A stretch of DNA of 64,000 bases, from the IMG/VR virus record IMGVR_UViG_3300037475_000079, positions 1 to 64,000 of that record; one strand, written 5' to 3'. This DNA is from a virus. Each line of letters opens with the position of its first letter. The first letter of the stretch is position 1. This document shows, one piece after another, positions 8,830 to 17,477 of the stretch. The notes under the pieces are model-generated. The model did no database searches. It was not told the origin of the DNA and saw only the letters and a program-made list of their open reading frames with translations. A program made the translations under genes and the position numbers.

Positions 8830-9114
8830 TCAAGTAAATTTACCCCACCGCTTCGTTCCGTGCGGGCATTCCATGACGGCCATTTCGGCTTTCGCCTGCA
8901 AGTTACAGCCGCAAATCAGGCACTTTCCGCCACGACAGAGGGGGCATTCGGAGCAAATCCGCAGTCTCTCGCGGTAGACTTCCTCTGGCACGTTTCGGCA
9001 GCCCGAAGCGACATATCGCGCGACTGCCTCGATATAGTTCAGGCCAGAACGCCACCACGGCGGCAGTTCGGTGGGGTCGCTATTCGTAGACTCGTCCGGT
9101 TTCTCGATCGACAT
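8830..9114 (-). CDS. Cys-rich zinc-binding-like protein
   Basis: Cysteine cluster 'CSECPLCRGGKCLICGCNLQAKAEMAVMECPH'. Start taken at MSIEKPDE. Confidence 0.45.
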   Translation of the reverse strand: MSIEKPDESTNSDPTELPPWWRSGLNYIEAVARYVASGCRNVPEEVYRERLRICSECPLCRGGKCLICGCNLQAKAEMAVMECPHGTKRWGKFT

Positions 9115-10282
9115 GCTTGATCCTGGCGGACGTGCCAACAAACAATTTCCATCCGGCCTCGCGGGCCTGCTGGCTGAAGAATGAGTCTTGCGTCAGGCTG
9201 CCTGTTGTCACGAACCAAGGCTGCGGGATCTCGCGGAATGCCTGGACGGGAATGAGCGTGAAGCCTTGAGGGATGCTGTAGACTTCATGCACGTCGCCAT
9301 CGTCTTTGAGGTAGCCGCGTGTAGTTTTTGACATGATTGCGCCGCAGGCGGATTTGTCAGTCAATGAAAATAGTCGATCATCGCTGAGAACAATCGGCGC
9401 ACCAGTGCGCGGCTCCTTGCGCTGTGGATACCACGCCCCAACAATCGAGCGTGGTCCCTCTTTCTGATGAACTGCCCAGACCTTTTCAAACGTCCCCTGC
9501 GGAATTATGTGATCATCTTCGACGCAAAGCAGGTAATCGGCCTCATCCTCAATCGCCTTTCGCGCGGCCTCATTGTACGCATCGGCGACCGGCTTGCCGT
9601 CGATAACCAAAAACTTCTGCTCGAATACACCTGGCACACCCCAGCCATCAAGGCAACGGAGCCCATCGCGTTTGATTGTCTCTTTGTCGATGAGTGTTGG
9701 TGTGACAATCAGAATTCGTAGTCTGCCGCCTTCGAGGAATCGCTGTTCGGCTGCTTTGATGTGTCCCTGTCCGGTGGGTTGACCGATCATTCGCAAAGCG
9801 TCCTGATTGCCGACACCGACGCGACCGTTCGCGTTCATGTCGTGTTGAGCCTGCATGGCTAGTCGGAGTTGCCAGTATTCCGATTCGGCCGCTTCCAATT
9901 CTTCGCGTGTAAAAGTCCTGTCGAATGATTTGTAAATTCCCCAGAGGCACTGAGCCTCGCGGACGGCCCCGAGCATGGCGAGCGAATGGTCCTCAAGGTC
10001 GATGCGTTCGAGTTCGGCCTTATCGAGTGCTGCGGGAGTTCCGATCTTTTCGAGGCGCTCGATCTTTCGTCGGCTCTGTCGCTGGTGAATCTCTGCCCGC
10101 CTGATGTTCTGCAATTTGATTTGCAGTTCGAGAACGCATTGCCACCATCTTCGCGGCTCCGAAACGTGCTGACCGACAACGAAATGTTTGATCTGGAAAT
10201 CGGTTCGTGGTTGCTGAATCGCTTTGATCGACTCGTCAAGTTCCGCGCGCCAGTTGTCGAATGGAATAAGATCGTCGCTCAT
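9080..10282 (-). CDS. two-domain protein: helical N-terminal region plus GT2-like glycosyltransferase
   Basis: Start at MSDDLIPF. C-terminal half has 'LRILIVTPT', 'YLLCVEDDH' (DxD) and 'PWFVTTGSLTQDSFFSQQAREAGWKLFV..IKHVD', typical of GT-A/GT2. Confidence 0.6.
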   Translation of the reverse strand: MSDDLIPFDNWRAELDESIKAIQQPRTDFQIKHFVVGQHVSEPRRWWQCVLELQIKLQNIRRAEIHQRQSRRKIERLEKIGTPAALDKAELERIDLEDHSLAMLGAVREAQCLWGIYKSFDRTFTREELEAAESEYWQLRLAMQAQHDMNANGRVGVGNQDALRMIGQPTGQGHIKAAEQRFLEGGRLRILIVTPTLIDKETIKRDGLRCLDGWGVPGVFEQKFLVIDGKPVADAYNEAARKAIEDEADYLLCVEDDHIIPQGTFEKVWAVHQKEGPRSIVGAWYPQRKEPRTGAPIVLSDDRLFSLTDKSACGAIMSKTTRGYLKDDGDVHEVYSIPQGFTLIPVQAFREIPQPWFVTTGSLTQDSFFSQQAREAGWKLFVGTSARIKHVDRETGRVYE

Positions 10283-11214
10283 AGTCCCGCCGTTGTGGCT
10301 CCTGTAACGCGAGTTCGCGCCTGCGAAAGCGTGCCGGATGAAGAAAAGGTTTCCGTAGAAAAGTTGAATCCGCCGATGACGTTTCCCCAGTTCCCGCCTG
10401 CCGCCAGCAGAGTGACGCCATCGGAACCAGACGCGCCATCGGAACCTTTCACCGCCGCCTCTTGCCATGCCGTTGCCGTCGCGGACGTGGTGTCGGTCGA
10501 GAAAACAATCTTGTCTGTTGTGCTGACCGGTGCGCCTGTCTGCCCACCGCCCCAGAATCCCTTGGTCGATCCATCACCACCAGCAAACACGCCAAACCGA
10601 GCCGTCGAAATATCGGCCGATGCGACGTGTGATGTGCTGTCGCTGGCGAATGTAATCTTGTCGGTTTGTTTCGTTCCGGTGATTGCCCCAGCCGATACGC
10701 CACCTCCCCAATAGCCTTTTGTCGATCCTTCAGACATCCCCGCCACATTCGCGCGAGCGAGCGAGAGATTCGCGCCACCTGCGGCCGACGTTGTGTCTGT
10801 GGAAAATACAATCATGTCTGCCGTAACTTGTTTGACGCCCGCGCCGCCAGTTAGACCGCCCGCGAAATATCCCTTCGTGGTTCGCTCGCTGATTCCGGCT
10901 AACTGTGCCCGTGCTTGCGACAGTGCGGACGATCCCGATACCGAAGTCGTGTCGGTTGCAAAGACTAGCTTGTTTCCTGTTGATTGATCACTTGCGGTCG
11001 TGTCGGTTCTTCCGCCGCAGTAATAGGCGGCAACAGATGGATTGGCACACGCACCCATCATCTCTGTGGTAGTCGGGACGTTGGCGGATGTAACTGCCGA
11101 CGAGACAAGAGACGTGCAATCGGTCTTGTCAGCCGTGGCGACGACGGTGGTGCCGCCCGTTAGTCCACCAAGCGAATACATCTGCGCGGCAGAGGATTGG
11201 CAACAGCAAATCAT
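10279..11214 (-). CDS. repeat protein with about six ~50-aa degenerate repeats (propeller-like), probable tail-tip component
   Basis: Recurring unit 'KGY(F/W)(A/G)GG....T(D/A)KI(V/T)F(S/A)TDTTS......LS.AR'. Confidence 0.55.
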   Translation of the reverse strand: MICCCQSSAAQMYSLGGLTGGTTVVATADKTDCTSLVSSAVTSANVPTTTEMMGACANPSVAAYYCGGRTDTTASDQSTGNKLVFATDTTSVSGSSALSQARAQLAGISERTTKGYFAGGLTGGAGVKQVTADMIVFSTDTTSAAGGANLSLARANVAGMSEGSTKGYWGGGVSAGAITGTKQTDKITFASDSTSHVASADISTARFGVFAGGDGSTKGFWGGGQTGAPVSTTDKIVFSTDTTSATATAWQEAAVKGSDGASGSDGVTLLAAGGNWGNVIGGFNFSTETFSSSGTLSQARTRVTGATTAGL

Positions 11215-11993
11215 GCAGTCCGCCCGTCAGTAATCTGCCAAGGATTGATGTCCTCCGCGTCCGGGTTATAAAGCACTCGGCAGTTTTTTGACCCCTTCAC
11301 CGTGCAGTCTGAGTCGTTCAGGACGTTTGTCATTGTGACTCCAGTCGTGCTGCCGTTGTAGAAAATGGTTACGGTTCCAGTCGCGCCGGCTGCAATATCG
11401 GCTGTCGGCTGACCACGGAACCACCACATTCCTTCCGGGATAACTAGCGCCAGGCCATCGCTCGCACTGTACACGCCCTGAATCAAAAATCCATAGGTGT
11501 TCTTCCTGAGCAGATAGCTTCCACTACGAAGGCCCCAACGCTGTTTTGCCGCTGGCGTTCCATCACCTGTGTTGTACGCTGCAATAAACCCCATGCTCCC
11601 GCACGGCCCCATCCCGGAAATCGCCCGCGCCCACCCGTAGGAACTCTTCGGTATGACTGATCCGCCGTTCAAAAGCCAGTTGTTCTGACAGCCGTACGTA
11701 TCCGGCTGCTTCGTCTTGTACATCGGCGTGCCGGAATCGGTGTTAATCCCATTCAGGAGCGCCACGCCGTACGCCGGTATCGAGTTCACCGAATCCGCGT
11801 TGTAGAACAGGATCGCTGGGTCGAACTGGTCCGGCATGATGTTCACGCCGTTGCCGTTCGCCGTGATGTTCGCACCGGCGACGTTCGGGAACAGCGACAG
11901 GCGCTCAATGGCGCGGGCCATGCCGTTCAGGTTACGGCCGACAATCTCGTCATCCGCTCCGAAATCGCAGAACTTTTCGTTGACGCCTGCCAT
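11211..11993 (-). CDS. hypothetical tail-associated protein
   Basis: ATG at 11993 overlaps the upstream TGA (TGATG). Sits in the tail module downstream of the tape measure. Confidence 0.5.
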   Translation of the reverse strand: MAGVNEKFCDFGADDEIVGRNLNGMARAIERLSLFPNVAGANITANGNGVNIMPDQFDPAILFYNADSVNSIPAYGVALLNGINTDSGTPMYKTKQPDTYGCQNNWLLNGGSVIPKSSYGWARAISGMGPCGSMGFIAAYNTGDGTPAAKQRWGLRSGSYLLRKNTYGFLIQGVYSASDGLALVIPEGMWWFRGQPTADIAAGATGTVTIFYNGSTTGVTMTNVLNDSDCTVKGSKNCRVLYNPDAEDINPWQITDGRTA

Positions 11994-12856
11994 CAGAATG
12001 TGTTCGGAAAGAGGCTTGCGAAATTGGCTGATTGATACGTGAAGGCGCCGGAATTGACGTTGACCAATCTGTCCCATCCCTGGACAGCGCCGGCACCGCC
12101 ATCGTCTCGATAGAAGTAGTTCCAGTCGAGATTCGTTCCGTTAGAAGATTGCAGCGGACGCTCCGAGAACTTGTACGTCAGAGTGCGCACGAGCGTTCCA
12201 TCCGACATGAGCGTGCTGCGGCACTTCGCTCCCAGAAACAAGGCTTGCCCGGTGGCAATAGTGCCCGTGGCAAATGTCATCGAGCTATTGTTGATTAGAC
12301 CTGCACACAGGCGAATCGCGGCGAATGGCGGGTTCTGAAGTTTCGGCCAGGTGATGCTGTGCTCGATTGTGGGGATGTTGATTGCGCCAGTCACCTGCTG
12401 CAAGACAGGCTTGTTGTCGCTGTTCCACTTCAAGCTCTGCCGCGGCAACGTGAACTTCTGGACTCCATCGTCCCATTCATGTTCCAGCCACGGCACGGGA
12501 TCGGTGTTGTACGGCTGCGTGAGGTCAAGGTTCTGCCCCATCGGGACGTGGCATTTGATCGTCCACTTGGCTAACTGGAAGGCGTTGAGACCTTCCGCCT
12601 GTCCAGTCAAACCCCCGAAGCCTTCGACGTTGTAATCGAACACACGGAACAGCGGATTGGCGATGAGTTTAGCGCCGAACTGGCCTCCGATGCTCGTGCC
12701 AACCGGCATCAGGAAGTTGATGAACCCGTCCACGTTAGTCCATGACGTCATCCCCATAACAGTGATGACCGGCTGGCCTCCGTTGTGCGATCGGCTGGGC
12801 GACTGGTCAATCTCGTCGAAGTCGATCGACTGTCCGTAGAATGCGGTTGTGCTCAT
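11993..12856 (-). CDS. putative distal tail protein (call by position only)
   Basis: 287-aa ORF immediately after the tape measure, with a 4-nt overlap. Confidence 0.4.
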   Translation of the reverse strand: MSTTAFYGQSIDFDEIDQSPSRSHNGGQPVITVMGMTSWTNVDGFINFLMPVGTSIGGQFGAKLIANPLFRVFDYNVEGFGGLTGQAEGLNAFQLAKWTIKCHVPMGQNLDLTQPYNTDPVPWLEHEWDDGVQKFTLPRQSLKWNSDNKPVLQQVTGAINIPTIEHSITWPKLQNPPFAAIRLCAGLINNSSMTFATGTIATGQALFLGAKCRSTLMSDGTLVRTLTYKFSERPLQSSNGTNLDWNYFYRDDGGAGAVQGWDRLVNVNSGAFTYQSANFASLFPNTF

Positions 12857-15045
12857 TTCGCCCAGATCCCCATTCCCTTGCCGACTTTCTTCAGTAGCTC
12901 ATCAAGGGTGGTCGCTGCCTTGAACGTGTTGTCTCGAATCGCCTTTTCGTCTGGATCTCCTCCGGCAATTTGCGACATCAGGTGCTGAGAATACTGCTCA
13001 AGCCCGAAGAACTGTCCGCCTTTGGGGCGGTTGGCGTTCATGATGCGCTGGTTCTCGGCCTTGGCAGTTTCCATTGCCTGCGCCTTGGCGTTGGCCTCGC
13101 CCGGTGTTCCTGCGCCGAATAGACGAGTGGCACGCTCCAGGTTTTCCGACAATTTATCTTGAACGGCATAGACAGATCCGACGCCTTTTTGCGCGGATTC
13201 CATGCCGCGCATAAAACGATTCTGTGCATGAATCTCATCTCTGGAAACATCTTTCCATGCCGCGTCAGTATGAGCCTGATTGGCCGCAGACAGGTCTCGC
13301 TTCCATCCGGGAATGCCAACCGTCTCGCGGTTGATTCTTTCCTGTGCTTCCTGATGGCCAAATAGAATTCTATTTCGACGATTGGTGAACTCGTTTCCGG
13401 TCTCATCCTTTCCGCTCAATTCCCGCTCGTATTTACTGAGCCTCTCCTGAACGGCGGCATCTTCTTCTTTCATGACATCGGGAGTAATTCTGTTGCGCTC
13501 TGCTTCGAGGATTCCGCGATTCCTTTTGTTCTGTTTAAGGGACGCTTCATCATCCTCAATCTGATCGTGAAGTGACTGGAACCGCTTCTGCTGTAAATCA
13601 TGCTCCTGCTTCGACATCTCCGTAGTGACACCCGCTCTCCCTGTAAAGAAGAATGGGTTGGCTGTTTCCATAGCAGCAGCAGCGCCGGGCAAGCCAGTAG
13701 CTTGACCGAATTTCTCTTTTCTGATTAGGACGTCGCGGTGCTTCTGCATTTCCTGTGCAGCCTTAGCCCTCAGATCCTTATTTTTTGCGATTCGATCTTG
13801 CAGTTCGGCGTCGGAAGTCTTGGATTGCTCGATTTGATTTCGCAGTTCCTTATCTTCGTTGCGGTTGGCAAACTTGCCTTCTCCGAACTCCATGCCAAGG
13901 CGTGCCGCATCACCTTTCGCAAATCCAACCTGAGCCTGCCGAGCACGCATGTCCGCGACTAGCTTGGCCTCGCCTGCGCCAAGACCTACCTTGAAGTCGA
14001 TACGCGCGAATTCACGCTGCAATTCAATTGCCCGCTGCTTCAGTCGTTCCGCCGCATCTTCTGTTTTGGTGAACCACTTATAGAGCGGTTCTATAGATAA
14101 TGCGCCAAGAGTGATTCCAAGTCCGGCAACCGCTCCCGTGATATCGCCTGTCATTGTGAGCATGGCACCAAGGTTATTCGACATGGCAATCATGCCCTGT
14201 TGAAACGAACCACCGCCGGCCATGACGGTCACGAGGTCTTGAAGCCCATAGCTGGCCTGAATCGACATCATGCGAAAGTTCTGGCCAGTCCTTTGTGCTG
14301 CCAGACCGGCACGCTCTGTATTCGCAGCCAGCACTCCTGCCATTTGTGCTGGATCGCCACCTGTAAGCATTGCAGCACCCACCATAGTTGTTCGCTGGGC
14401 AGCAATTTCATGAAGACGGTCGGTATGATCTTTCATGTCTGCGGCTTGACGGAAACTCTTCCTCCTGGCCTCTGCGGCTATTTCCGCTTTACTTCTAGCG
14501 CGTTCTTCTGCTTCGACAATTGCGGCTGCTCGCAAGTCGGCCTCTGCTCGAAATCTGGCTGTGACAGCGCCGCCCGCAGCACCTGCCGCAGTCTTTTTTG
14601 CAGCCGCTCTCTCTTCCGCTTCTGCCATTGCAGCCGCGCGCAGTTCTGCTTCCTGCCTGAAGCGGCCAGTAATCATGCCGCCCGCAATGCCTGCCGCAGT
14701 CTTTTTTTCTGATGCTTTAGCTTCCGCTTCGGCAAATGCCCTGCTCTGAAGCTGCATTGCATCTCGGAACTTCATCGCAGATGACGCCGCCTTCTCATTG
14801 CTTTGTGCAATACGATCAACGGCCTTCGCTAAATCGTTTGCTGACTGCTCTGCTTGCGCTAGATGCTTCAGTTCGTTTTCCAGACGGAACTTAATTGCAA
14901 ACTTGGCGCCTTCGCTACCGCCCGACATCTTGTCCATTCGGCTTTTGAATTCGGACTCAATGCGACCCAAGTCCTGCCAAAGATTGCCGGAATTGAGCTT
15001 CAGATCGACCGATGCCTCCATGAATCGCGTCACGTCAGACTCCAA
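12853..15045 (-). CDS. tail tape measure protein
   Basis: 730 aa, coiled-coil and Ala-rich, with a central Gly/Met-rich hydrophobic block ('VTVMAGGGSFQQGMIAMSNNLGAMLTMTGDITGAVAGLGITLGAL'). Follows the G/GT chaperones. Confidence 0.8.
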   Translation of the reverse strand: MESDVTRFMEASVDLKLNSGNLWQDLGRIESEFKSRMDKMSGGSEGAKFAIKFRLENELKHLAQAEQSANDLAKAVDRIAQSNEKAASSAMKFRDAMQLQSRAFAEAEAKASEKKTAAGIAGGMITGRFRQEAELRAAAMAEAEERAAAKKTAAGAAGGAVTARFRAEADLRAAAIVEAEERARSKAEIAAEARRKSFRQAADMKDHTDRLHEIAAQRTTMVGAAMLTGGDPAQMAGVLAANTERAGLAAQRTGQNFRMMSIQASYGLQDLVTVMAGGGSFQQGMIAMSNNLGAMLTMTGDITGAVAGLGITLGALSIEPLYKWFTKTEDAAERLKQRAIELQREFARIDFKVGLGAGEAKLVADMRARQAQVGFAKGDAARLGMEFGEGKFANRNEDKELRNQIEQSKTSDAELQDRIAKNKDLRAKAAQEMQKHRDVLIRKEKFGQATGLPGAAAAMETANPFFFTGRAGVTTEMSKQEHDLQQKRFQSLHDQIEDDEASLKQNKRNRGILEAERNRITPDVMKEEDAAVQERLSKYERELSGKDETGNEFTNRRNRILFGHQEAQERINRETVGIPGWKRDLSAANQAHTDAAWKDVSRDEIHAQNRFMRGMESAQKGVGSVYAVQDKLSENLERATRLFGAGTPGEANAKAQAMETAKAENQRIMNANRPKGGQFFGLEQYSQHLMSQIAGGDPDEKAIRDNTFKAATTLDELLKKVGKGMGIWAK
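14515..14730 (-). repeat. tandem 36-aa (108-nt) duplication inside the tape measure
   Basis: EAEAKASEKKTAAGIAGGMITGRFRQEAELRAAAMA followed directly by EAEERAAAKKTAAGAAGGAVTARFRAEADLRAAAIV. Confidence 0.7.
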
Positions 15046-15861
15046 TTGCCCGCAGGATCATGGCTTTCAACTGCTCAATCTTCGACGACATCTGCGAGAG
15101 ATACGACCGCCATTGCAGGGGGAAGGCATCTCGCGGAACCGTGGGTTCAACCAGCGTTTTCACGTCGTCGTCTCCGCTCAAATACATGCGCATCTGATAA
15201 CTGGTGAGTTGGTTGACTTGATCTGGTGTCCAACCATATTCCTTAGCCATGTGACGGTAAATCTGACGCCAGTTTGCAGGCTGCCCGTCGGGCGTCTTTA
15301 CGACGGGCCAGTCGAGTTTCCCAGTGGATCCTCACCCGTGGCCAAGTCGATTGCATGGATGATTTCTGCGATCTTCTTCCATCCAGTGTTGACGTACGTT
15401 TCTTCTGTTTTCGGCTTGCCTGTTTTCTTGTCAATGACAGGTTCGCCGGTATGTTCATCGAGAACAGGCAAATCCTGTACTTCACCTTCGCCGGCGATTT
15501 CTCCCAGTTCAAATTGAATCTGATCGACGTCTGGGCAATTCGGGTTGTGCTTAATCGCCAGCCAGACCGACAATGCCTGCCCGCGTGGAGTCCGATTGAA
15601 CTCCGCGAAGTCAGAATGATCGGCCATGCCCCAGTTTCGGAACCTGTCGGCAATGATGCCAGCTACGCGGTCCAACAGAGCCAGATCGCCTTTCAGCGAC
15701 TTAGCCGCATTGACGACCAGTGAAATCGGATCTCCGCGCAGACGGACGATCTCCGCTTCCAGAATGCCTTGATACTCCTTTGTCCTCCCTTTGACCGTGT
15801 AGGTTTTTCCGGCGAGCGTGATTGTCCCGCCGGTTCCCGCCGCACGCGCAACGCTATCCAT
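15035..15861 (-). CDS. tail assembly chaperone -1 frameshift fusion (gpGT-like)
   Basis: The -1 frame is open from the slippery site (..GKLDWPVVKTPDGQPANWRQIYRH-MAKEYGWTPDQV..) into the 15035..15250 ORF, which ends overlapping the tape measure start. Confidence 0.6.
15298..15861 (-). CDS. tail assembly chaperone (gpG-like)
   Basis: 187-aa ORF between the major tail and tape measure genes. Contains a slippery site near its 3' end. Confidence 0.7.
   Translation of the reverse strand: MDSVARAAGTGGTITLAGKTYTVKGRTKEYQGILEAEIVRLRGDPISLVVNAAKSLKGDLALLDRVAGIIADRFRNWGMADHSDFAEFNRTPRGQALSVWLAIKHNPNCPDVDQIQFELGEIAGEGEVQDLPVLDEHTGEPVIDKKTGKPKTEETYVNTGWKKIAEIIHAIDLATGEDPLGNSTGPS
15316..15322 (-). promoter_or_regulatory. 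programmed -1 ribosomal frameshift slippery heptamer G GGA AAC
   Basis: The zero frame reads CTG GGA AAC, a canonical X XXY YYZ pattern. It lies 18 nt before the G stop. Confidence 0.6.
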
Positions 15862-15906
15862 GAATCATCCTTTCAAAAGTGTTCCCCAAAACTTCCCCAA
15901 CACGCA

Positions 15907-16314
15907 CTAGATCAAGGTCTCTGTGATCGCTCCGTCGCTTTCGAACGTGCCACTCCACGGAATCGGATCGGCCGTATTGAAATTCGCCCCCAATGTGCGA
16001 GTGGAAATACGTCCCTGAAACGAAACGAAACTGGTTGGAAAATTCAGGAAGAGCTGGAACTGAATCAGCGCCCCCTTGTTGAACACGCTTCCAGGGCTGT
16101 AGTTCGGATCGAACAACCCTGAAATCGTGCCGCTGCATTTCTGATTGCCGAGAACGGTGGCCTGGCTTCCAACTCCCGCCACTACTTTCGACTGAGCGAC
16201 GTAAGTCTTGACGCCGTAGTCGATCGTGCCGGTGAACTCTGTGACCTCGGAAATGGCCGAGCCGCCAACTTTCAAATAACCCTGGTTTCCGCTGATTGCG
16301 CGGGGCGCAGCCAT
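15907..16314 (-). CDS. major tail (tube) protein
   Basis: 135-aa ORF directly upstream of G/GT, with AGGGAG in front of the ATG. Call is by position and size. Confidence 0.6.
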   Translation of the reverse strand: MAAPRAISGNQGYLKVGGSAISEVTEFTGTIDYGVKTYVAQSKVVAGVGSQATVLGNQKCSGTISGLFDPNYSPGSVFNKGALIQFQLFLNFPTSFVSFQGRISTRTLGANFNTADPIPWSGTFESDGAITETLI

Positions 16315-16340
16315 GATGAACTCCCTTCAGGAAATAGACA

Positions 16341-16472
16341 GGACCGACGCGGACCATCCGCGCCAGCCCCATCCCCAGCAGGGCTGCGATGTGGGGAGCA
16401 TCTCGCCGGATAATTAGGCCGGCATCTCGCCACGCTTCAGATGTAGCCGACACAGATAGTCCGCGTCGGTCC
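16341..16472 (-). other. structured intergenic element (14-bp perfect long-range inverted repeat plus internal repeats)
   Basis: GGACCGACGCGGAC (16341-16354) pairs with GTCCGCGTCGGTCC (16459-16472). Inside lie CAGCCC/GGGCTG and a duplicated CATCTCGCC around CCGG-ataattagg-CCGG. Confidence 0.45.
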
Positions 16473-16485
16473 CAAGTAAACTGAA

Positions 16486-17022
16486 CTAACCTCCAAACAG
16501 ATGTAGACTGAAACTGGCACTCCCAGACGGAGACGCCGCGTCGTTTTGAATACGCAAGACCTTTGTTCCACCGTTGACCGTGATGCCTGCGTACGGACTT
16601 GAGATAACGAAATCGCCACCGGCCGGCACAAGGTTCACTCCGCTTCCCGATCCGTTCCACGGGCCTACCCAGCCATTCGACGGGCCCGGCTTGACGATCA
16701 ACCCGGAGCCTCCCGTGGTGTCGTTGTTGTGCAGAATCATCCGATAGATTTTGCTGAAATTGGTCAAGTTTCCGAAGGCGTCCACGAGCAGCGTCAAGTC
16801 GATATCGTAAATGCTTGATGCGATCGTGATCGAGTGTTTGCCTTCGTAGTATTTCGTCGGAATCGTCAGGGTGTTATTGGCATCGCTCTGCTGCGCTGCG
16901 TACGACATCTGATACGTGGATTGCAGGCCGGCGGACTGGATCGTGTTGAATCCAATCGCGTCGGCGTTCTGGTAGGAGAACTGATCCCCGATGCGGCTGA
17001 CGAGTGCGAGTGTGACGCTCAT
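16486..17022 (-). CDS. hypothetical structural protein
   Basis: 178-aa ORF between the tail terminator-like and major tail genes, with a 4-nt overlap upstream. Confidence 0.45.
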   Translation of the reverse strand: MSVTLALVSRIGDQFSYQNADAIGFNTIQSAGLQSTYQMSYAAQQSDANNTLTIPTKYYEGKHSITIASSIYDIDLTLLVDAFGNLTNFSKIYRMILHNNDTTGGSGLIVKPGPSNGWVGPWNGSGSGVNLVPAGGDFVISSPYAGITVNGGTKVLRIQNDAASPSGSASFSLHLFGG

Positions 17023-17477
17023 GCTGGCCTCAATCCGGCCAATCGGCCATATTCAATGCTGAACGTCATGGTCCCCTGGTTCACCGTGTCTCCAACGTCC
17101 TCAATGACGTACGGCGACATCAGTTGGCACGAGAGGACTGAATCCTGCCCCGGACCAACTCCTGCCATCGTCAACGGATTGGATGCCGCCTGATTGGCAT
17201 TCAGAAACGCCTGTTCGACCAGCTCGCACAACTGACCGCACTGCACATCCTGCAAGGCGATGACTTGAAATTGCACAAGCGACGTCTGATAGCGGCTGTT
17301 CGAGCTTCTCATCGAAGTCGAGTCAGACACGTCCGTCCAGATGCAGTAAGGAACGTCATTGGCCAGATTCAGAATGACGGCCTCGGGAACGCTCCCGTGC
17401 CACACACCTCCGGGAATACTGGTCGTGAGATTCTTCGCGTTCCAGCGGTTCAGGATGGCTTCATCGAGATACAGCAT
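17019..17477 (-). CDS. putative tail terminator / tail completion protein
   Basis: Start at MLYLDEAILNRW overlaps the upstream stop. Size and position fit gpU/DUF3168-like proteins. Confidence 0.45.
   Translation of the reverse strand: MLYLDEAILNRWNAKNLTTSIPGGVWHGSVPEAVILNLANDVPYCIWTDVSDSTSMRSSNSRYQTSLVQFQVIALQDVQCGQLCELVEQAFLNANQAASNPLTMAGVGPGQDSVLSCQLMSPYVIEDVGDTVNQGTMTFSIEYGRLAGLRPA

Noticed and set aside
9986-10714. 242-aa + strand ORF
   Set aside because: Antisense across the junction of the GT2-fusion and repeat-protein genes.
14200-15517. + strand ORFs of 170 and 239 aa
   Set aside because: Antisense to the tape measure and chaperone genes, with low-complexity Cys/Ser/Leu-rich translations.
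15854-16660. 268-aa minus-strand ORF
   Set aside because: It spans the major tail gene in another frame, the structured spacer, and the end of the upstream gene. Its composition is Arg/Trp/Gly-rich.
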